Positions 15,017 through 28,200 of a DNA stretch of 64,000 bases are shown piece after piece. The stretch spans positions 2,170,001 to 2,234,000 of the forward strand of contig CATNEN010000034.1 in the NCBI GenBank assembly GCA_950097015.1, read 5' to 3'. This DNA is from Macrostomum hystrix. Its lineage: Eukaryota > Animalia > Platyhelminthes. A program made the position numbers and the translations under genes. Every line of letters begins with the position of its first letter. The stretch's first letter is position 1. The notes below the pieces were generated by a model. That model was not told where the DNA came from. It made no database searches and saw only the letters and a program-made list of their open reading frames with translations.

Positions 15017-15952
15017 TGTCTCTTGTCATTGATAGAAACAAGAGCCTTTTTTTGCTAAACTGTGGTGGCTTTGTGTGTTACTATTGCATGTCTTTGTCAT
15101 TATATCGCTCTTAGAGTGATCACACTTTTAAACAGAAAAGCTCGATGACAAACTGCATACTCTGCGATTTGCCTATGAAGATAATAGCTAAAAATAGCTT
15201 CAAAAACTAATGATTTTTATGGACAATAATTGTATTTTTTCTAGCATTATTTAAACCAATAATCGAACAACTGTGGTTTTTCTTTGTACTTTATACTAAA
15301 AAAAGTTTTTCTATAATGGTTTTATTATTGCTTTTAGTTTTTAGTGCGGTCTCAAACACAGAATTTGTTGTAAGTCACCCAATCACTTGAGTTCAACATA
15401 CTCAATTTCGTACATTTTCTAGAGTTTAAAACTAAACATTGGTTCCAATTCCTATTGTTGTGCCTTTTGTGTGCTTGTTTGTGAAATCGTTTTGTAACTT
15501 TAAAACTTTGTTTCTCTAAGTATCTCATTGTCTGCTTTCACAGAGAAAATTATATTGTTATGCTTTTTTAGGCGCGAATTTAAACAGCGAATTGAATTAT
15601 GCACTGATTTAGTTTTGTCTGTAAAATTCAGAGTAACTGTTCATCAGAATAGAGTGTTTGAGCTATGTTTGATTCAACAGATTTGTTTGCTTCTCAGATT
15701 TGTATTTGAAGGATATTTTTTCTCCTAAGAATTCCCTTTTATTTTCGTTCATTTAAAATAACAGAATCCACAATGCGTCATTGTAGAAATCAATGTTTTT
15801 ATTACTTCCCTTCCCCCATTGTAATAATAATTATAACGGAGGCAAATCACTCAACGATACACAAATAATCAGCGCTATATTTTCACCTGTTTGTTCAGCG
15901 AAATAATTATATAAATATTAAATATTATTCATCATGGCTTAAGTGAGTCATG

Positions 15953-16840
15953 AGTCTGTCTGTGCTGGGTGTCTGTGCTGGGTGTCTGTGCTGGGTGTCT
16001 GTGCTGGGTGTCTGTGCTGGGTGTCTGTGCTAGGTGTCTGTGCTGGGTGTCTGTGCTGGGTGTCTGTGCTGGGTGTAGTGCTGGGTGTCTGTGCTGGGTG
16101 TCTGTGCTGGGTGTCTGTGCTGGGTGTCTGTGCTAGGTGTCTGTGCTGGGTGTCTGTGCTGGGTGTCTGTGCTGGGTGTAGTGCTGGGTGTCTGTGCTGG
16201 GTGTCTGTGCTGGGTGTCTGTGCTGGGTGTCTGTGCTGGGTGTCTGTGCTGGGTGTCTGTCTGTGCTGGGTGTCTGTGCTGGGTGTCTGTCTGTGCTGGG
16301 TGTCTGTGCTGGGTGTCTGTCTGTGCTGGGTGTCTGTGCTGGGTGTCTGTGCTGGGTGTCTGTCTGTGCTGGGTGTCTGTGCTGGGTGTCTGTCTGTGCT
16401 GGGTGTCTGTGCTAGGTGTCTGTGCTGGGTGTCTGTCTGTGCTGGGTGTCTGTGCTGGGTGTCTGTCTGTGCTGGGTGTCTGTGCTGGGTGTCTGTCTGT
16501 GCTGGGTGTCTGCTGGGTGTCTGTCTGTGCTGGGTGTCTGTGCTAGGTGTCTGTGCTGGGTGTCTGTCTGTGCTGGGTGTCTGTGCTGGGTGTCTGTCTG
16601 TGCTGGGTGTCTGCTGGGTGTCTGTCTGTGCTGGGTGTCTGTCTGTGCTGGGTGTCTGTGCTGGGTGTCTGTGCTGGGTGTCTGTGCTGGGTGTCTGTGC
16701 TGGGTGTCTGTCTGTGCTGGGTGTCTGTGCTGGGTGTCTGTCTGTGCTGGGTGTCTGTCTGTGCTGGGTGTCTGTGCTGGGTGTCTGTGCTGGGTGTCTG
16801 TGCTGGGTGTCTGTGCTGGGTGTCTGTCTGTCTGTCTGTC
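15953..16840. repeat. 13/17-bp minisatellite
   Basis: Unit TGTGCTGGGTGTC, with or without an extra TGTC. Confidence 0.97.
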
Positions 16841-16849
16841 CGTCATTCT

Positions 16850-17115
16850 GGGAAGATTCTCTAAGGAAGATTCTCTGGGGAGATTCTCTGAGGTAGATTC
16901 TCTGAGGGAGACTCTCTGTGGTAGATTCTCTGAGGGAGACTCTCTGAGGAAGATTCTCTGAGGGAGACTCTCTGAGGAAGATTCTCTGAGGGAGACTCTC
17001 TGAGGTAGATTCTCTGAGGGAGACTCTCTGGGGTAGATTCTTCAAGGGGGACTCTCTGAGGTAGATTCTCTGAAGTAGACTCTCTGAGGGTCTCTTGCAG
17101 GAGAGATTCCCTGAG
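16850..17115. repeat. 14-bp-monomer AGAATCT-family repeat (inverted relative to 5512-6712)
   Basis: Reverse complement reads AGAATCTTCCTCAG AGAGTCTCCCTCAG. Confidence 0.85.
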
Positions 17116-17182
17116 ACAACCTTTACGATTATTGAATAGAGAGCATTTGAGAACTGTATCTTTAAGTTTTTCTGGAACATTC

Positions 17183-17410
17183 CTAAATCCCTCTTCCCCA
17201 AATCCCTCTGCCCTAAATCCCTCTTCTTCACATCCCTCTTCCCCATATAATTCTCCCTAAACCCCTATCTTTCCCACATATCATTCTTCCAAACTAATAT
17301 TTCCCCAAATTCAAACTTCCCCACATCCCATCTTTCCCATATTCCCCGCTGCCTAACTTCCTTTTATCCCCTTCCTCCCCACATCTCCTAGTCCCGACTT
17401 CCCTTCTGTA
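17183..17410. repeat. Degenerate pyrimidine-rich repeat of about 15 bp
   Basis: AAATCCCTCTTCCCC-like units. Confidence 0.7.
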
Positions 17411-17572
17411 TCTTCTCTTCCACTCTTCCCTAAACGTCCATCGGGTCTAGATACAAGTCACAAGCGACAAACTTGCCTCGCAAAATGGGCGATAAAGTGA
17501 AATCGGAAGCGAAAAGCTTAGAGGAAAACAAGGGAAAATAGCGGTAGAATTTCACCAGGAATTTTGTTTGAT

Positions 17573-20500
17573 ATGCACAGTAAGGCAGGTAAACACGGTG
17601 TAAAAATAGAATAGCTCTGCCAAGTAATACGATATCATGAAAAATGTTAAAATCAGTGATGTGTCACTGCATGAATGCACCGCTGCTCATTTCCGACGTT
17701 GTAAACAAACAGAGAACTGTATAAAAATGATTCATGAAATACTGAATCTGCGGGTAGATCAAATTTGCTGGTTCACTTTCGCAAAAAAAGAAAATGTTTT
17801 TAAGTTTGAGTAAAAACCTAGCGGCCTCCACGAAGAAGCTGCTGCTGCTGATGCTGCTGCTGCTAGTCGAGTTGTTTCAAAGGACAAACAACGCAGGGCA
17901 CTACTGGAATAGTATCAGGGTTCTGCACAATGGTGTCGAGTTCACGTTTAGCCTACCCTTGAGTCTGAGCACAGGAAAACTGTTTGAGGATGATTCCTAC
18001 TCAAACCTGGCTAGCGAATGCCGAGCTCTGACAGTTCAGTCACTGAATGGCCAGCGCATCAATGAGCCCCTCAATGATACTCGAGCTGCTGAAGCCTTCT
18101 CCGCCGCTGTTGCTGCGAAGTGAGTCAGTGAGAACCGGTTAGACTCGTAAACCTACTATTGAACTCACAAGTGAGAACTCACTCATGAGATCGCTCATTA
18201 ATTCACTCATGAACTCACTCATGAACTCACTCATGAACTGACTCATGAACTCACTCATGAACTCACCCATGAACTCACTCATGAAATCGCTCATTAATTC
18301 ACCAATGAACTCACTCATGAACTGACTCATGAACTCACTCATTAACTCACTCATGAACTGACTCATGAAATCGCTTATGAACTCACCCATGAACTCACTC
18401 ATGAACTCAATCACGAAGTCATTTGGCATTTTAATATTGATATTTTAATTAGTTCGTTGTTGGTTGAGCTTTTTGTCGTTGGGTGAGTTTTGAGTACTGT
18501 TGAAAGTTGAGCTCAGACAAGCCGATTATTATCGACCGCCTCCAGTCGCACTCTGAGCCGACTGGTCAACCGTAAGAGGCTTTGCACAGCCTGGTCCTAC
18601 GCGCCAGTGAACTCAGCGACAACCAGCATTGGTCTAGCTTGGAACCTGTTCCTGCCACTGGTCGACACCAATCAGTCATTCTGGAAGCCGCCTTCCGTAA
18701 TGAGCGGAGACAATCTCATTGTGATCAAGAAGGAAAATTCTGAGCTGAAGCTGTCCACTGTAAAAACTAATCGGCTGCTTCATCCCATCTGCGAATTCTT
18801 CCCAACCAGTGAGTTTAACAAGAGTACAGGTGATTTGTCAGACAGGTAGGTTTTCAGACACGTAGATTGTTGGATGGGTAGATTGTCAGACAGGTAGATT
18901 GTCAGACAGGTAGATTGTCAGACAAGTAGATTGTCAGACAGGTAGATTGTCAGACAGGTAGATTGTCAGACAGGTAGATTGTCAGACAGGTAGATTGTCG
19001 GACAGGTAGATTGCAAGACAGGTAGGTTGTCGGACAGGTAGATTGTCAGACGGGTAACTTGTCAGACACGCAAATAGTTAGATGGGTAGATCGTCAGACA
19101 GTCAATTAATGATCATAATTGTTGGTCATAAACTCTAATCCACCCGCCAAATTGCCAGCGAATGTCGGGCCAAATCCTAAAAATGCTGTCTGCTCCGAAA
19201 TTAGCTCAGTTCTCACAGAGGAAGGCAGCGGAAAGGAAGTGAATCAGAGCTACTGTCTCCACAAAAGCGCAATGACTGTGACTGAATCACACAAACAGCT
19301 GTTCTGCGAGAGTCTCAATGGACGATTGGCACAGGCTGAAAGCTTGCAGAAGATGACTAAGCTAAGGTGAGTTGTGAGTTGTCTTAGCCAAATAAGGTTA
19401 TATAAAAATGAATAAAAAGTATGAAATACATCCACAGGTCGTTCCTAGATGAGAACACCAAAAATAATGACTGTCTATTGCTAGCGCTAACTGTGGACAT
19501 CGGCTTTCGCAACTGGCGGCGCCAGAGCCTGTGCCTACCTGGAAAGCTGTGCAGGTCCAGCATGCTTGGTTCGATAGTGAAGCAGGACAGGTCCAATGGC
19601 ATTGTTGTGTACTACGTTTGGCAAAACCAGCTGCCTAAGATTATTAGAGCAATTCCCTATGCTCAAAACTGTGCCGTCCTCTGCACGGGTGAAAATTGGA
19701 ATACATTATGGAGGCATTCTTTACTCACTTAGGAAAGACTGTTTCAGCTGTAATGTGCCTGGAGGCACGAGGGCGTGAGGTGGCTGCAGGAGGACCGAGG
19801 GTTCGACGAAGGACAGGGTGTGAAGTGGCTGTAAGAGGAGAGAGAGTACGAAGAAGGACAGGGTGTGAGGTGGCTGTAGGAGGGAGAGTACGAAGAAGGA
19901 CAGGGTGTGAGGTGGCTGTAGGAGGATGGAGGTTTCGCAGAAGGTCAGGGTGTGAGGTGGCTGTAGGAGGAGGGAGGGTTCGCAGAAGGTCAGGGTGTGA
20001 GGTGGCTGTAGGAGGAGGGAGGGATCGCAGAAGGTCAGGGTGTGAGGTGGCTGTAGGAGGAGGGAAGGTTCGCAGAAGGTCAGGGTGTGAGGTGGCTGTA
20101 GGAGGAGAGAGGGTTCGCAGAAGGTCAGGGTGTGAGGTGGCTGTAGGAGGAGGGAGGGTTTTCAGAAGGACAGGGTGTTAGGTAGCCAGTTGTAGAAATA
20201 AAAGAAATATTGTTTAACTTTAAAGACTATATATATATATTTCTCAGTGTCAACTTGAGTTTACTTGCAACATGCACCGCAGCCATCTCGTGCCCGGATC
20301 CGCACAGCGAGTCGCAACTGACAGCCGCCCACCTGAGCTGTCCAGCCTGGAACTCTAGCGTGCCTGAGGAGGCGCGTCACAGACTGAAGATGCCAGGCGC
20401 TAGTGGCCACATCGAGTACTTTTGCGCTGAGGGATTCAAGCCAAGTGACTCCTCTATCGGAGTACTGCAAAAGCGTCGATGCAGCAGAGACGGCACGTGG

Positions 20501-23500
20501 TCATCTTCACGTTGGCCTCCGATTACATGCGAGCCTGTACCGTGCACCGAGACACCAGACAGTCTCAACTACACGGGGGGCAGTCTAACTGCCGTGGGCC
20601 ACTTCCACGGCCCCGATTGGATCTTTGAAGCCATTGACAATGCCAAACTGAAGCATCGCCTTGCGGAAGGTTCCATCAGACCTGCCGACCGGATTGTGCT
20701 TGCCTGCCCATCGCCACTCATGGGAACATGGCAGGTGAGACATTGTAGGAAAATCTCGCCTAGTACACAACCGTTTCATCTTAGCTCCTACCAAACCTCC
20801 CTACTCCGTTGCTTAGGAGCTGATCTGCCTCGAAGGTGGCGGTTGGCAGGCGACGCCTACCTCGCTGGATGCAGCCGATAAGTGCATCCTAGCCTACTGC
20901 AACAACTCTATACAGATGCCACAGGTGCCGAATGCTGAGCCTATGCTAGCCAGTTACTTAACGCCTAATGACACCTGGGAGGGTCGCAGCTTTGTTTACA
21001 GTTGCTATGGCAACCACACAATTGGCGGAGCAATAAACGGCTCCAGAAGCTTTTCGCTGAGCTGTCTAAACGGATTCTGGACGAGCAAGGACATGGAGAG
21101 CGGCTGTCTGCCCACCGCCTGCGGCGACCTGCCGACCAAAATGACTGTCAGTTCGACTGTTGCCAAAGCGTACGGCGCTGCTGGAGCACCTGTCGGCTCC
21201 CAGATCGATGTCGACTGCTTGCCCGGCTTAGTCGGCAAGACCCAGCGGTTCAGATGTCAGTTTGGCGGGGCCTGGGTTCAGCTGGATGACTCCTCTGGCG
21301 ATTCTTCAGCTGGGGATTGTCAGCCAATGAACTGCAGCCACCCGGAGGAGCTGCAACTGCTACCGCCGGGAGCCGTGCGAATCGAACGCGTCAACTCCAG
21401 CTACCAACCAATCGGGGGAGGGGATGATTATCACTACGGCACTCTGGTGCTGCTGGAATGCGTGCCGCCGTATTTTGGGGGCCGATCAAGCAGAGTGCTG
21501 CTGGCTTGCGGCCTGCTGGCTGAGGGCGCAGTCGGATGGGTCGAAGCCGACCCTGCGAGCAATGCGGGCATGGCCTTCGGCTGCCACAGTGAGCTTGAGA
21601 CACCATTATTTTACTGGCAGAAATATCTTTCTTCCCTATTGAAAAACCATGATAATACTGATAGAAATGACTGGGCGGCCGGCACAACCGCCCAAATACC
21701 TACCCCAGCTAATGCTGCTACCTGCCATTCAGTGCGGAGCGGGTAACACATACGACCTGACACTGAAGCCCCTCTCACACTGAAGCCCCTCTCACACTGA
21801 AGCCCCTCTCACACTGAAGTCCCTCTAACACTGAAGCCCCTCTCACACCGAGGTCCCTCTCACACTGAAGTCCCTCTAACACTGAAGTCCCTCTTACACT
21901 GAAGCCCCTCTCACACTGAAGCCCCTCTCACACTGAAGCCCCTCTCACACCGAAGCCCCTCTCACACCGAACTCCCTCTCACACTGAAATCCCTCTCACA
22001 CCGAACTCCCTCTCACACTGAAATCCCTCTCATACCGAAACGCAAAACTTCAGAGTACTGCAACAACTCCCAGCTTACGGAGCTGGTTGGTCTCGGCCTA
22101 GTAAACGATTTGCAAACGCCATCAGGCGGTTTCACGTCTCCCGAAGCTGACCAGGTGAATGTGACCTGCCAGCCAGGTGCCAGCGTTGTAGGCAACGGCT
22201 CAAGCTACGTGATTGTCGCCTGCATCGACGGTGAATGGTGGCTAACCAGTCCGATGGAGGAAGACGAGAGCGCTCGAGTTGGTCCCGTGGACAAAGTCAT
22301 ATGCCTACCAGGTGGGTCACAGCTAGAATATAGCTTTCCATATGCATTCTTTAGATCATATATTAATTCATATCAAATCTAAATCTAATTATGCTTGGAT
22401 GCCACACGAGACTAAAAAAGGGATTCCTAAACAGCAAAGAGGAAATCAAAGTGACCGCTAGCAACACAGGTAATTAGCTACTATGCTGTGATTTCTTGCT
22501 ATATTATTGTCACTACCTGATAGAATAAACCTGCATTCTAAGAATTTGGAATTAAGAAGTTACTTTAGGTTAGGGCTGGGAGCAGAGGCATAGGACTGTG
22601 AGGGTAGAGGCATAGGACTGTGGGAGAAGAGGCATAGGACTGTGGGAGTTGAGGCATAGGACTGTGAAAGTAGAGGCATAGGACTGTGGGAGTAGAGGCA
22701 TAGGACTGTGGGAGAAGAGGCATAGGACTGTGGGAGTTGAGGCATAGGACTGTGAAAGTAGAGGCATAGGACTGTGAAAGTAGAGGCATAGGACTGTGAA
22801 AGTAGAGGCATAGGACTGTGGGAGTAGAGGCATAGGACTGTGAAAGTAGATGCATAGGACTGTGGGAGTAGAGGCATAGGACTGTGGGAGTAGAGGCATA
22901 GGACTGTGGGAGTAGAGGCATAGGACTGTGGGAGTAGAGGCATAGGACTGTGGGAGTAGAGGCATAGGACTGTGGGAGTAGAGGCATAGGACTATGGGAG
23001 TAGAGGCATAGGACTGTGGGAGTAGAGGCATAGGACTGTGGGAGTAGAGGCATAGGACTGTGAAAGTAGATGCATAGGACTGTGGGAGTAGAGGCATAGG
23101 ACTGTGGGAGTAGAGGCATAGGACTGTGGGAGTAGAGGCATAGGACTATGGGAGTAGAGGCATAGGACTGTGGGAGTAGAGGCATAGGACTGTGGGAGTA
23201 GAGGCATAGGACTGTGGGAGTAGAGGCATAGGACTGTGGGAGTAGAGGCATAGGACTGTGGGAGTAGAGGCATAGGACTATGGGAGTAGAGGCATAGGAC
23301 TGTGAAAGTAGATGCATAGGACTGTGGGAGTAGAGGCATAGGACTGTGGGAGTAGAGACATAGGACTGTGGGAGTAGAGGCATAGGACTGTGGGAGTAGA
23401 GGCATAGGACTATGGGAGTAGAGGCATAGGACTGTGGGAGTAGAGGCATAGGACTGTGGGAGTAGAGGCATAGGACTATGGGAGTAGAGGCATAGGACTG

Positions 23501-24793
23501 TGGGAGTAGAGGCATAGGACTATGGGAGTAGAGGCATAGGACTGTGGGAGTAGAGGCATAGGACTGTGGGAGTAGAGGCATAGGACTGTGGAAGTTGAGG
23601 CATGGAGCTTAAGCACCGGTTTCTGAGGCTATTTATTACTGGATTTTATCACCCAAGAAGAATTTATTTATTACACATATTACTTACTCATCGGTACTAT
23701 TTTACAATATAAGTTGTAATGAAAGGTAAGGTTTAGTGGTAAGTTTATTATTTCGCACGACATATAGTAATTTAAAATGTGTAGCTCTGATTTCCAAGCT
23801 AATTAATGGAGTTTTTAAAACATGTAGATCTAGGGAGATTTTTCAACGCTATTTTTAAACTTTTCAAACTGTTTTTAAAGTAAATTTCATGCACCAATTT
23901 CTGTTCACTTCGGAATAAAACTAGAATTCAATGCCTTGTCGTCTTTTCGCTTTTATTACACGTATTTTTACTTCGATTTGTGCCACAACTTTTCCTGTAT
24001 TGCTATCAGAAGAATTGGTACAACTGTACAGACTGGATTAGTATGACTGTACAGACTGGATTAGTATAACTGTACAGACTGGATTAGTATGACTGTACAG
24101 ACTGGATTAGTATAACTGTACAGACTGGGTTAGTATGACTGTACAGACTGGATTAGTATTACTGTACAGACTGGATTAGTATGACTGTACAGACTGGATT
24201 AGTATGACTGTACAGACTGGATTAGTATAACTGTACAGACTGGATTAGTATGACTGTACAGACTGGATTAGTATGACTGTACAGACTGGATTAGTATGAC
24301 TGTACAGACAGGATTAGTATGACTGTACAGACTGGATTAGTATGACTGTACAGACTGGATTAGTATGACTGTACAGACTGGATTAGTATGACTGTACAGA
24401 CTGGATTAGTATGACTGTACAGACTGGATTAGTATAACTGTACAGACTGGATTAGTATGACTGTACAGACTGGATTAGTATGACTGTACAGACTGGATTA
24501 GTATGACTGTACAGACTGGATTAGTATAACTGTACAGACTGGATTAGTATAACTGTACAGACTGGATTAGTATGACTGTACAGACAGGATTAGTATGACA
24601 TTTGACAGTTAGTACAGAATGCATGTGGGAAGGCCAACCGATATGAAAACATGAATGTGTACAAATATATAATCCCAACAGTTACCAGTTTTTTGCACAT
24701 AAAATAAATACAAACAATCATGAATAAATTGTTGAGTTAATCGAATACTCAGTTTCACCTGATGGCGAAGGCACAGCATTTGTTCATTGTTGA
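17573..24793 (+). CDS. Secreted selectin-like protein: signal peptide, 2 divergent C-type lectin-like domains, 6 CCP/sushi domains (about 849 aa; first and last exons tentative)
   Basis: Exons 17573-17579 (tentative; alternatively ATG 17794), 17822-18119, 18546-18808, 19159-19366, 19438-19688, 20283-20734, 20817-21588, 22054-22311, and tentative 24753-24793 (TGA followed by AATAAA at 24801). Phases are all compatible. Hydrophobic KKLLLLMLLLLVELF; CTL cues SIGL..W..PICE and CESLNGRLA; six C..C..W..C sushi patterns (e.g. YFCAEGF..RCSRDGTWS..ITC). Confidence 0.78.
18165..18415. repeat. 12-bp minisatellite (intronic)
   Basis: Unit CATGAACTCACT. Confidence 0.92.
18838..19100. repeat. 16-bp minisatellite (intronic)
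   Basis: Unit GTAGATTGTCAGACAG. Confidence 0.92.
19775..20180. repeat. About 45-bp purine-rich minisatellite (intronic)
   Basis: Unit GGGTGTGAGGTGGCTGTAGGAGGAGGGAGGGTTCGCAGAAGGTCA, about 9 copies. Confidence 0.93.
21759..22038. repeat. 17-bp minisatellite (intronic)
   Basis: Unit CACTGAAGCCCCTCTCA, ending about 15 nt before the acceptor at 22053. Confidence 0.93.
22575..23625. repeat. 22-bp minisatellite
   Basis: Unit GTAGAGGCATAGGACTGTGGGA, about 47 copies. Confidence 0.97.
24022..24600. repeat. 23-bp minisatellite
   Basis: Unit CTGTACAGACTGGATTAGTATGA, about 25 copies. Confidence 0.97.
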
Positions 24794-25296
24794 GTTCTCA
24801 AATAAAAATGGCGAGTTTAATTCTCGTACATATAGGCCAGAACTGTTATTGAACAAGGGTCAGTTGTGAAACAAATTTGCTGAGATAGTAAAAGTCGGAG
24901 CAATAAAGCCAAGAAAAGCAAGATAGCAAAGGAATGCTCAGCTACAATCTTTTTATCTTCTGTCACAATTCTAAAATCAAAATTATAGGCCAATTTTACA
25001 GAACAACGCAAACACTTATAACACTACTCGAAGAAAGTAGTTTCTAAAGATAATTTAGGCTTTCCAAAATTGACTATTTATGAAGATTCATAAAGTGATC
25101 AATAATTTACCTTAACCTTGATACTAATTGTTAATTATTATAACAAAACCAAAAGGCCAGTGAGTAACATAATGACGCAATTTGTGCTGCAATGCTGCAA
25201 AACAAAACAGGTAAGTATTGATTCGAAGCACGACACAAAATAAGCAAAATGGTCACTTTTTGTTCCGTGCTTTGGTTAAAAATAAACTAAAAATTA

Positions 25297-28200
25297 TTAG
25301 TCGTCACTGTAGGCCAAAATGGTGCCTAGTTGACGTTCGGCCTCCTCAACACTGATGTCTTTGCGGCTGGCGTAGTCTTCGACCTGAGGAGGGAGGTAGC
25401 GTGAGATTCGGATTAGAACATTTAAGAAGTAGAGGTTAGAGGTTAGAAGGGAGACTTTAACAGCCGACAGTGAGAAGTAGACAATAAGATTGATTATGAG
25501 TGACAGTGAGAAGTAGACAATAAGATTGATTATGAGAGACAGCGAGAAGTAGACAATAAGATTGATTATGAGAGACAGTGAGAAGTAGATAATAGATTGA
25601 TTATGAGAGACAGTGAGAAGTAGATAATAAGATTGATTATGAGAGACAGTGAGAAGTAGACAATAAGATTGATTATGAGAGACAGTGAGAAGTAGACAAT
25701 AAGATTGATTATGAGAGACAGTGAGAAGTAGACAATAAGATTGATTATGAGAGACAGTGACAAGTAGACAATAAGATTGATTATGAGTGACAGTGAGAAG
25801 TAGACAATAAGATTGATTATGAGAGACAGTGAGAAGTAGATAATAGATTGATTATGAGAGACAGTGAGAAGTAGACAATAAGATTGATTATGAGAGACAG
25901 TGAGACGTAGACAATAAGATTGATTACGAGTGACAGTGAGAAGTAGACAAGATTGATTATGAGAGACAGTGAGAAGTAGACAATAAGATTGATTATGAGA
26001 GACAGTGAGAAGTAGACAATAAGATTGATTACGAGTGACAGTGAGAAGTAGACAATAAGATTGATTATGAGAGACAGTGAGAAGTAGACAATAAGATTGA
26101 TTATGAGAGACAGTGAGAAGTAGATAATAGATTGATTATGAGAGACAGTGAGAAGTAGACAATAAGATTGATTATGAGAGACAGTGAGAAGTAGATAATA
26201 GATTGATTATGAGAGACAGTGAGAAGTAGACAATAAGATTGATTATGAGAGACAGTGAGAAGTAGATAATAGATTGATTATGAGTGACAGTGAGAAGTAG
26301 ATAATAGATTGATTATGAGAGACAGTGAGAAGTAGACAATAAGATTGATTATGAGAGACAGTGAGACGTAGACAATAAGATTGATTATGAGAGACAGCGA
26401 GAAGTAGATAATAGATTGATTATGAGAGACAGTGAGAAGTAGACAATAAGATTGATTATGAGAGACAGTGAGAAGTAGATAATATATTGATTATGAGAGA
26501 CAGTAAGAAGTAGAAAATAAGATTGATTATGAGAGACAGTGAGAAGTAGACAATAAGATTGATTATGAGAGACAGTGAGAAGTAGACAATAAGATTGATT
26601 ATGAGAGACAGTGAGAAGTAGACAATAAGATTGATTATGAGAGACAGTGAGAAGTAGACAATAAGATTGATTATGAGAGACAGTGAGAAGTAGATAATAG
26701 ATTGATTATGAGAGACAGTAAGAAGTAGACAATAAGATTGATTATGAGAGACAGCGAGAAGTAGATAATAGATTGATTATGAGAGACAGCGAGAAGTAGA
26801 TAATAGATTGATTATGAGAGACAGTGAGAAGTAGACAATAAGATTGATTATGAGAGACAATGAGACGTAGACAATAAGATTGATTACGAGTGACAGTGAG
26901 AAGTAGACAAGATTGATTATGAGAGACAGTGAGAAGTAGACAATAAGATTGATTATGAGAGACAGTGAGAAGTAGACAATAAGATTGATTACGAGTGACA
27001 GCGAGAAGTAGACAAGATTGATTATGAGAGACAGTGAGAAGTAGACAATAAGATTGATTATGAGTGACAGTGAGAAGTAGACCAACGGGATGTCTACTAG
27101 ACAGTGAGAAGTAGACAATGAGATTGAATATGGGAGATTGCGAGAAGTATACAATGAGATAGACTAAGATCTTGTGAGATAAAGAGATTAGGATTATGAC
27201 AAATGAGTAGCTAGAGCCCTCTAAAATTGTATTTTGCAGAACGCCGCGACATAAAAATGAAGGGCATTAAAAGTGTTTAAGAGCGCCAACTGAAATTTTC
27301 ACGGCCAGAAAAACTTGGAATCGCAAATCGCGAACTGGCGAGGGAATTTCCAGCATTCCTAGAATTTCCAGAAATTTGTACAGACCGAGATTAGACTGGA
27401 ATCAGTCTTATCTGCAATCATGCACACCGAATGCGGGCCTTGTAAAATGGAAAATTCTAACGTACACAAAACACCTGTCTACCGCACACTACACCACGCA
27501 TAGAGACGGAAAATTCCACAACCAACTGGGGCAACCCCGCTTATAAACGAACAGGCTGATAGAACGACTGTACAGATTGTATTTTGAGCTCTATTAAAAC
27601 TGGCTTTCTTTTCACTGCGTCAAGAGCGAGAGGAAATCTTGGTCATTGTGAATGGAAAATAAGTGTGTGACATAATTTCTGTTGTTGTGCACGAGGAAAA
27701 AAAAAAGTTACGAGTAAGAATTAAGCATGGTATTATAAATATATTAGGCCTAAAAATTCTAACTATAAGGGTCGATTCTAAACCCGGCCAACATTTTAGA
27801 ATTCTGGCTCTGATCAGGGAAAGTGACAGCTCAAACTGACAGGATCAGGGAAGGTGACAGCTCAAACTGACAGGATCAGGGAAGGTGACAGCTCAAACTG
27901 ACAGGATCTGAGGTGGTGACAGCTCAAACTGACAGGATCTGAAAAGGTGACAGCTCAAACTGACAGGATCTGAAAAGGTGACAGCTCACACTGACAGGAT
28001 CTTAGATAGTGACAGCTCACACTGACAGGATCTGAAAAGGTGACAGCTCAAACTGACAGGATCTGAGATGGTGACAGCTCAAACTGACAGGATCTGGGAT
28101 GGTGACAGCTCAAACTGACAGGATCTGAAAAGGTGACAGCTCAAACTGACAGGATCTGGGATGGTGACAGCTCAAACTGACAGGATCTGAAAAGGTGACA

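Noticed and set aside
15943-17246. Long ORFs on both strands (432, 317 aa etc.)
   Set aside because: Translations of the 13/17-bp and 14-bp minisatellites; no domain content.
22560-23581. 338-aa and related MPLLPQSYAST ORFs
   Set aside because: Translations of the 22-bp satellite. The same applies to the ORFs at 7077-7453, 18139-18429, 19696-20181, 25566-27154 and 41666-42363.
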